From the human T2T-CHM13v2.0 reference genome, Homo sapiens: a stretch of DNA of 64,000 nucleotides. The notes under the pieces are model-generated. The model saw only the letters and a list, made by a program, of their open reading frames with translations, had not been told where the DNA came from and did not search any database. The position numbers and the translations under genes are program-made. Positions 57,607 to 64,000 of the stretch are shown here, piece by piece (the stretch's first letter is position 1; every line of letters starts with the position of its first letter). The DNA lies in the NCBI GenBank assembly GCA_009914755.4, contig CP086569.2:61472001-61536000 (forward strand), written 5' to 3'.

Positions 57607-60600
57607 GGAATGGACTGGAAAGCAATGGACTGGAATGGAACTTTCTTGAATGGACTGTAATCAAACGGAATGGAATGCAATGCAATCAAATGGCATGGAA
57701 TAAAATAGAATGAAAGAGAATCAAATGGAATTGAATCGAATGGAATCGAATGGATTGGAAAGGAATAGAATGGAATGGAATGGAATTGACTCAAATGGAA
57801 TGGACTAGAATGGAATGGATTCGAATGGAAGGCAAAGGAATGGAATCTATTGGAATGGACTGTAATGGAATGGAACGGAAGGGATTGGAATGGACTCGAA
57901 TGGAATGGACTGCAATAGAAAGGATTCGAATGGAATGAAAAAGAATTGAATGGAATAGAACAGAATGGAATCAAATCGAATGAAATGGAATGGAAGAGAA
58001 AGGAATGGAATGAAATGGAATGGAAAGGATTCGAATGGAATGCAATCGAATGGAATGCAATCGAATGGAATGGAATCGAACGGAATGGAATAAAATGGAA
58101 GAAAACTGGCAAGATATGGAATCGAAATGAATGGAGTGTTATGGAACGGACTCAAAAGGAATTGAATGTAATAGAATGGAGTGGAGTGGACTCGAATATA
58201 ATGGACTGGAATGGAATGAAATCACATGGAATGGGAACGAATGGAATGGAATGGAAAGGAATGGAATCGAATGGAAAGGAATCGAATGGAAGGGAATGAA
58301 ATTGAATCAAAAGGAATGGAAGGGAATAGAATAGACGGTAATGGAATGGACTCGAATAGAATGGACACGAATGCTCAAATTGAATGGACTCGAATGGAAT
58401 GGAAACGAAAGGAATGTCATCGAATGGAATTGAATCGATTGGAATGAAATCGCATAGAATGGAGTGGAATCAAATGGAATTGAATCGAAAGGAAAGGAAG
58501 CGAATGGACTGAAATGAAATGGAATGGAATTGAATGGAAAGTAATGCAATGGAATAGAATGGAACGAAATTTCACGGAATGGAATCAAACTGAATGGAAT
58601 CAAATCAATGGAATCAAATCAAATGGAATGGAAAGGAATTGAATGGAGTAGTTTGGATTGGATGGGATTGGAATGAAATGTACTGGAAAGGACTCGAATT
58701 TCATGAAACGGAATGGAATGAATTGGAACGGAATGCACTCGAATGGAATGGAATGTCATGGAATGGCATCAAATGGAATGGCATCAAATGGAATGGAATC
58801 GAATGCAATGGAATGCTATGGAATGGAATGGAATGCATTGGAATGGAATGTCCTCTAATGGAATGGATTCGAGTGGAATGGAATCGAATATAATGGAGTC
58901 GAATGAAATGGAATTGAAAGGAATGGGATCGAATACAATGGAATATACTGGAATGTAATGTAATGAACTCGAATGTAATTGACTGGAATGGAATGTACAT
59001 GAATGGAATGTAATCGAATGGAAAGTAATCCAATGGAATAGAATCTAATGCAATAAAATCGACTCAGATAGAGTAGAATGTAATGGAATGGAGTGCAGTG
59101 CAATGGAATGGAATGGAATGGAATGCAATGGAATGGAATGGAATGGAATGGAATGGAATGGAATGGGATGGGATGGAATGGTATGGAATGGATAGTAATG
59201 GACTGGAGTGAAATGGACTGGAAAGGAATGGACTCAAATTGAAAGGGCTCGAAAGGAATGGAGTCAAATGGAATGGTCTGGAATGGAATGAACACGAATG
59301 TAATGCAATCCAATAGAATGGAATCGAATGGCATGGAATATAAAGAAATGGAATCGAAGAGAATGGAAACAAATGGAATGGAATTGAATGGAATGCGAAC
59401 GAATGGAGTGAAATTGTATACAGTAGAAGGGAATAGAATGGAATGCAAGTGAAAGGAAAGGAATGGATTGGAATGGAATGGAATTCATTGGAATGGAAGG
59501 GAATGTAGTGTAATGGACAGGCCTGGAATAAAGTGGAATGCTACGGTCTCGAATGGAATAAAAATGTATGGAATGGAATGCAATGAAACGGAATCGAATG
59601 TCATAGAATGTAATGGAATGCAAAAAAATGGAATCCAAAATCATTGACTGGAAAGGCTGGGTGTCGAAAGGAATTGACTCCAATGGAATGGAATCGAATG
59701 GAATGGAAGTGAATAGAATCGAACTAAATCGAATGGAATGGAATTGATAGGAACGGAATGGAAAGGAATGCAATGATTTGGCATGGAATGGAATCGAATG
59801 GCATCGAATGGAATGGAATGGAATGCAATGGAATGGAATGTATTAGAATGTAATGAACTTTAATGGAATGTACTCGAATGGATTCGACTGGAATGGAATG
59901 TTCTGGAAGTGAATGGACTCCAATGGAATGGATTCAAAAGGAATGGAATCGTACGGAATGGAATCTAATGGAATGGAATTAAATGGAAATGAATCAAATT
60001 GAATAGCACGGAATTGAATTGAATGGAATGGAATGCAATGGAATCTAATGAAACGGAAAGGAAAGGAATGGAATGGAATGGAATGGGCTGGAATGGAAAG
60101 GAATCGAAACGAATGGAATGGAATCGAACTGAAGAGACTGGAATGGAATGCACTGGAATGGAAGGGAGTGTAATGGAAGGTTCTCGAAAAAAATGGAATC
60201 GAATGGAATGGAATTGAATGGAACGGAATAGAGTCGAATGGAATTGAATGGAATGGAATGGACTAGAGTGAAATGGAATCGAACCACAAGGAATGGACAG
60301 GAATAGAATGGTCTCGAATTGAATGGAATCGTATGGAATGGCATCAAACGGAATGGAATGGACAGCCACGGAATGGAATGCACTCGAATGCAATGGAGTC
60401 GAAACTAATGGACTGGAATAGAATGGACTCGACTGGTACGGACTCCAATGGAATGGAATCGAATGGAAGGGAATCGATCGGAATGGACTCGAAGGGAAAA
60501 GACTGCAATGTAAAGGTCTCGAATGGAATGGAAATTAATGGAATGGAATGGAATCGAATGAAATGGAGTCAAAAGGAATGGAATCAAATGGCAAGAAATC

Positions 60601-61180
60601 GAATGTAATGGAATCGCAAGGAATTGATGTGAACGGAACGGAATGGAATGGAATCCAAAGGAATGGAATAGAATGGAATGGAATCGAATGGAAAGGACTC
60701 GAATGGAAATCACTCGAATAGAATGCAATTTAATAAAATAGGATGAAATGTAATGGAATGGAATGGAAAGGAATCGAAACGAAAGGAATGGAGACAGATG
60801 GAATGGAATGAAACAGAGAGCAATGGTATAGAATGGAATGGAATCATCTGGAATGGAATTGAATGGAATGGAATAATATGAAATGGAATGGAATGGAATG
60901 GAATGGAATGCCCTTGAATTAAATGGACTGGAATGGAATGGACTCGAACAGAGTGGAATGGAAAGTGTTGAGATAGAATGGGATGGACTCCTTTGGAATG
61001 GTGTAGTATGCAATGCAATCGACTGGCAGGGAATCAAAAGGAATGTAATCGAATGGATTGGACTGGAATGCAATGGACTCGAATAGATTGGAAACGGAAT
61101 GCAAAGGAATGGAATGGAATAGTATGGAATGGAATGGAAAGGAATGGAGTGGAATAGACTAGAGTGGAATGGAATGGACT
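57607..61180 (+). repeat. HOR unit 17 (3574 bp)
   Basis: Anchor at 57607; next at 61181. Confidence 0.85.
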
Positions 61181-64000
61181 GGAAAGCAATGGACTGGAAT
61201 GGAACTTTCTTGAATGGACTGGAATCAAACGGAATGGAATGCAATGCAATCAAATGGCATGGAATAAAATAGAATGAAAGAGAATCAAATGGAATTGAAT
61301 CGAATGGAATCGAATGGATTGGAAAGGATTAGAATGGAATGGAATGGAATTGACTCAAATGGAATGGACTAGAATGGAATGGATTCGAATGGAAGGCAAA
61401 GGAATGGAATCTATTGGAATGGACTGTAATGGAATGGAATGGAAGGGATTGGAATGGACTCGAATGGAATGGACTGCAATAGAAAGGATTCGAATGGAAT
61501 GAAAAAGAATTGAATGGAATAGAACAGAATGGAATCAAATCGAATGAAATGGAATGGAATAGAAAGGAATGGAATGAAATGGAATGGAAAGGATTCGAAT
61601 GGAATGCAATCGAATGGAATGGAATCGAACGGAATGGAATAAAATGGAAGAAAACTGGCAAGAAATGGAATCGAAATGAACGGAGTGTTATGGAACGGAC
61701 TCAAAAGGAATTGAATATAATAGAATGGAGTGGAGTGGACTCGAATATAATGGACTGGAATGGAATGAAATCACATGGAATGGGAACGAATGGAATGGAA
61801 TGGAAAGGAATGGAATCGAATGGAAAGGAATCGAATGGAAGGGAATGAAATTGAATCAACAGGAATGGAAGGGAATAGAATAGACGGTAATGGAATGGAC
61901 TCGAATAGAATGGACACGAATGCTCAAATTGAATGGACTCGAATGGAATGGAAACGAAAGGAATGTCATCGAATGGAATTGAATCGATTGGAATGAAATC
62001 GCATAGAATGGAGTGGAATCAAATGGAATTGAATCGAAAGGAAAGGAAGCGAATGGACTGAAATGAAATGGAATGGAATTGAATGGAAAGTAATGCAATG
62101 GAATAGAATGGAACGAAATTTCACGGAATGGAATCAAACTGAATGGAATCAAATCAATGGAATCAAATCAAATGGAATGGAAAGGAATTGAATGGAGTAG
62201 ATTGGATTGGATGGGATTGGAATGAAATGTACTGGAAAGGACTCGAATTTCATGAAACGGAATGGAATGAATTGGAACGGAATGGACTCGAATGGAATGG
62301 AATGTCATGGAATGGCATCAAATGGAATGGCATCAAATGGAATGGAATCGAATGCAATGGAATGCTATGGAATGGAATGGAATGCATTGGAATGGAATGT
62401 CCTCTAATGGAATGGATTCGAGTGGAATGGAATCGAATATAATGGAGTCGAATGAAATGGAATTGAAAGGAATGGGATCGAATACAATGGAATATACTGG
62501 AATGAAATGTAATGAACTCGAATGTAATTGACTGGAATGGAATGTACATGAATGGAATGTAATCGAATGGAAAGTAATCCAATGGAATAGAATCTAATGC
62601 AATAAAATCGACTCAGATAGAGTAGAATGTAATGGAATGGAGTGCAGTGCAATGGAATGGAATGGAATGGAATGCGATGGAATGGAATGGAATGGAATGG
62701 AATGGAATGGAATGGGATGGGATGGAATGGTATGGAATGGATAGTAATGGACTGGAGTGAAATGGACTGGAAAGGAATGGACTCAAATTGAAAGGGCTCG
62801 AAAGGAATGGAGTCAAATGGAATGGTCTGGAATGGAATGAACACGAATGTAATGCAATCCAATAGAATGGAATCGAATGGCATGGAATATAAAGAAATGG
62901 AATCGAAAAGAATGGAAACAAATGGAATGGAATTGAATGGAATGGAATTGAATGGATTGGGAACGAATGGAGTGAAATTGTATGCAGTAGAAGGGAATAG
63001 AATGGAATGCAAGCGAAAGGAAAGGAATGGATTGGAATGGAATGGAATTCATTGGAATGGAAGGGAATGTAGTGTAATGGACAGGCCTGGAATAAAGTGG
63101 AATGCTACGGTCTCGAATGGAGTAAAATTGTATGGAATGGAATGCAATGAAATGGAATCGAATGTCATAGAATGTAATGGAATGCAAAAAAATGGAATCC
63201 AAAATCATTGACTGGAAAGGCTGGGTGTCGAAAGGAATTGACTCCAATGGAATGGAATCGAATGGAATGGAAGTGAATAGAATCGAACTAAATCGAATGG
63301 AATGGAATTGATAGGAACGGAATGGAAAGGAATGCAATGATTTGGCATGGAATGGAATCGAATGGCATCGAATGGGATGGAATGGAATGCAATGGAATGG
63401 AATGTATTAGAATGTAATGAACTTTAATGGAATGTACTCGAATGGATTCGACTGGAATGGAATGTTCTGGAAGTGAATGGACTCCAATGGAATGGATTCA
63501 AAAGGAATGGAATCGTACGGAATGGAATCCAATGGAATGGAATTAAATGGAAATGAATCAAATTGAATAGCACGGAATTGAATTGAATGGAATCGAATGC
63601 AATGGAATCTAATGAAACGGAAAGGAAAGGAATAGAATGGAATGGAATGGGTTGGAATGGAAAGGAATCGAAACGAATGGAATGGAATCGAACTGAAGAG
63701 ACTGGAATGGAATGCACTGGAATGGAAGGGAGTGTAATGGAAGGTTCTCGAAAAAAATGGAATCGAATGGAATGGAATTGAATGGAACGGAATAGAGTCG
63801 AATGGAATTGAATGGAATGGAATGGACTAGAGTGAAATGGAATCGAACCACAAGGAATGGACAGGAATAGAATGGTCTCGAATTGAATGGAATCGTATGG
63901 AATGGCATCAAACGGAATGGAATGGACAGCCACGGAATGGAATGCACTCGAATGCAATGGAGTCGAAACTAATGGACTGGAATAGAATGGACTCGACTGG
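61181..64000 (+). repeat. HOR unit 18, partial (2820 bp, truncated by the window end).
   Basis: Anchor at 61181. The sequence continues in register with earlier units to the window end. Confidence 0.85.

Larger units (their letters stand above)
1..64000 (+). repeat. Human satellite III (HSat3) array of diverged (GGAAT)n pentamers ((ATTCC)n on the minus strand), organised as a ~3.54 kb higher-order repeat. Candidate DYZ1-type (Yq12) array.
   Basis: Directly visible: near-continuous ggaatggaatggaat pentamer phasing across the whole window with diverged variants (cgaatggaat, ggactcgaat, gcaatggaat). Long-range periodicity of ~3.54 kb in which diagnostic non-pentamer stretches recur once per period (e.g. 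ggaatggactggaaagcaatggactggaatggaactttcttgaatggactgg; ggctgggtgtcgaaaggaattgactcc). Single orientation throughout. Unit length and one GGCC per unit match published descriptions of DYZ1 (established knowledge, not proven here). Confidence 0.9.

Noticed and set aside
1-64000. Hundreds of ORFs (60–310 aa) on both strands in the supplied six-frame track, including recurring families such as MESNGMVWNGMNTNVMQSNRMESNGMEYKEM... and MPVFFHFIPFRSIPFHS...
   Set aside because: They are a direct consequence of the stop-free pentamer GGAAT/ATTCC phasing. They overlap each other in all frames and on both strands. Their compositions are the trivial translations of the repeat (G/M/E/W/N or I/P/F/H/S). They recur with the 3.54 kb HOR period. 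Their starts and ends are set by random point variants that create ATG or stop codons. They have no gene-like context. They are not CDS.
1-64000. Highly regular repeats that might suggest a CRISPR array or a prokaryotic repeat-protein gene cluster.
   Set aside because: The base repeat is 5 bp and the higher-order period is ~3.5 kb. No 25–40 bp direct repeats alternate with unique spacers. There are no cas-like ORFs, no leader, and no prokaryotic signals. The pattern is that of a primate satellite.
1-64000. Classification as HSat2 rather than HSat3, prompted by the frequent cgaatggaat (ATTCCATTCG) motif.
   Set aside because: HSat2 has a recognisable degenerate 23–26 bp subunit built from two ATTCCATTCG units plus a spacer, and lacks long pure (GGAAT)n runs. 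Here the pentamer register is maintained almost continuously with long perfect (GGAAT)n tracts, which fits HSat3. The distinction should still be confirmed with RepeatMasker or Dfam.
1-64000. Assignment to the 9q12 SatIII locus (source of heat-shock SATIII transcripts) or another autosomal HSat3 array.
   Set aside because: Not excluded. However, the ~3.55 kb HOR with a single HaeIII site per unit is the defining feature of DYZ1 on Yq12. I know of no autosomal HSat3 array with this unit length. It is kept as a lower-probability alternative pending alignment.
1-64000. A previously undescribed biological system (defence island, biosynthetic cluster, etc.) suggested by the task framing.
   Set aside because: Nothing in the sequence supports one. 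The window is pure tandem satellite. Claiming a novel coding system would require ignoring the evident repeat structure.

Overview
This window is not prokaryotic and has no coding content. All 64 kb is one uninterrupted, single-orientation array of human-type pericentromeric satellite III (HSat3). It is built from diverged 5-bp GGAAT monomers ((ATTCC)n on the opposite strand) organised into a higher-order repeat (HOR) of about 3.54 kb. I can anchor 18 HOR copies, 17 complete and one partial, with periods of 3515–3574 bp. One unit is 4494 bp because it carries a ~0.9 kb internal tandem duplication. The unit length, the pentamer, and one HaeIII site (GGCC) per unit match the classic male-specific 3.56 kb DYZ1 repeat of Yq12. 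I cannot prove the chromosomal origin from sequence alone. All ORFs in the six-frame track are artefacts of stop-codon-free pentamer phasing: GGAAT frames give G/M/E/W/N-rich strings and antisense frames give I/P/F/H/S-rich strings. I therefore report no CDS, RNA genes, CRISPR arrays or mobile elements. I do not think a previously undescribed protein-coding system exists here. The interesting biology is the array architecture: a microhomology-mediated intra-unit duplication, a block of three almost identical recently amplified units, haplotype-like sub-blocks of shared variants, and pentamer-slippage hotspots.
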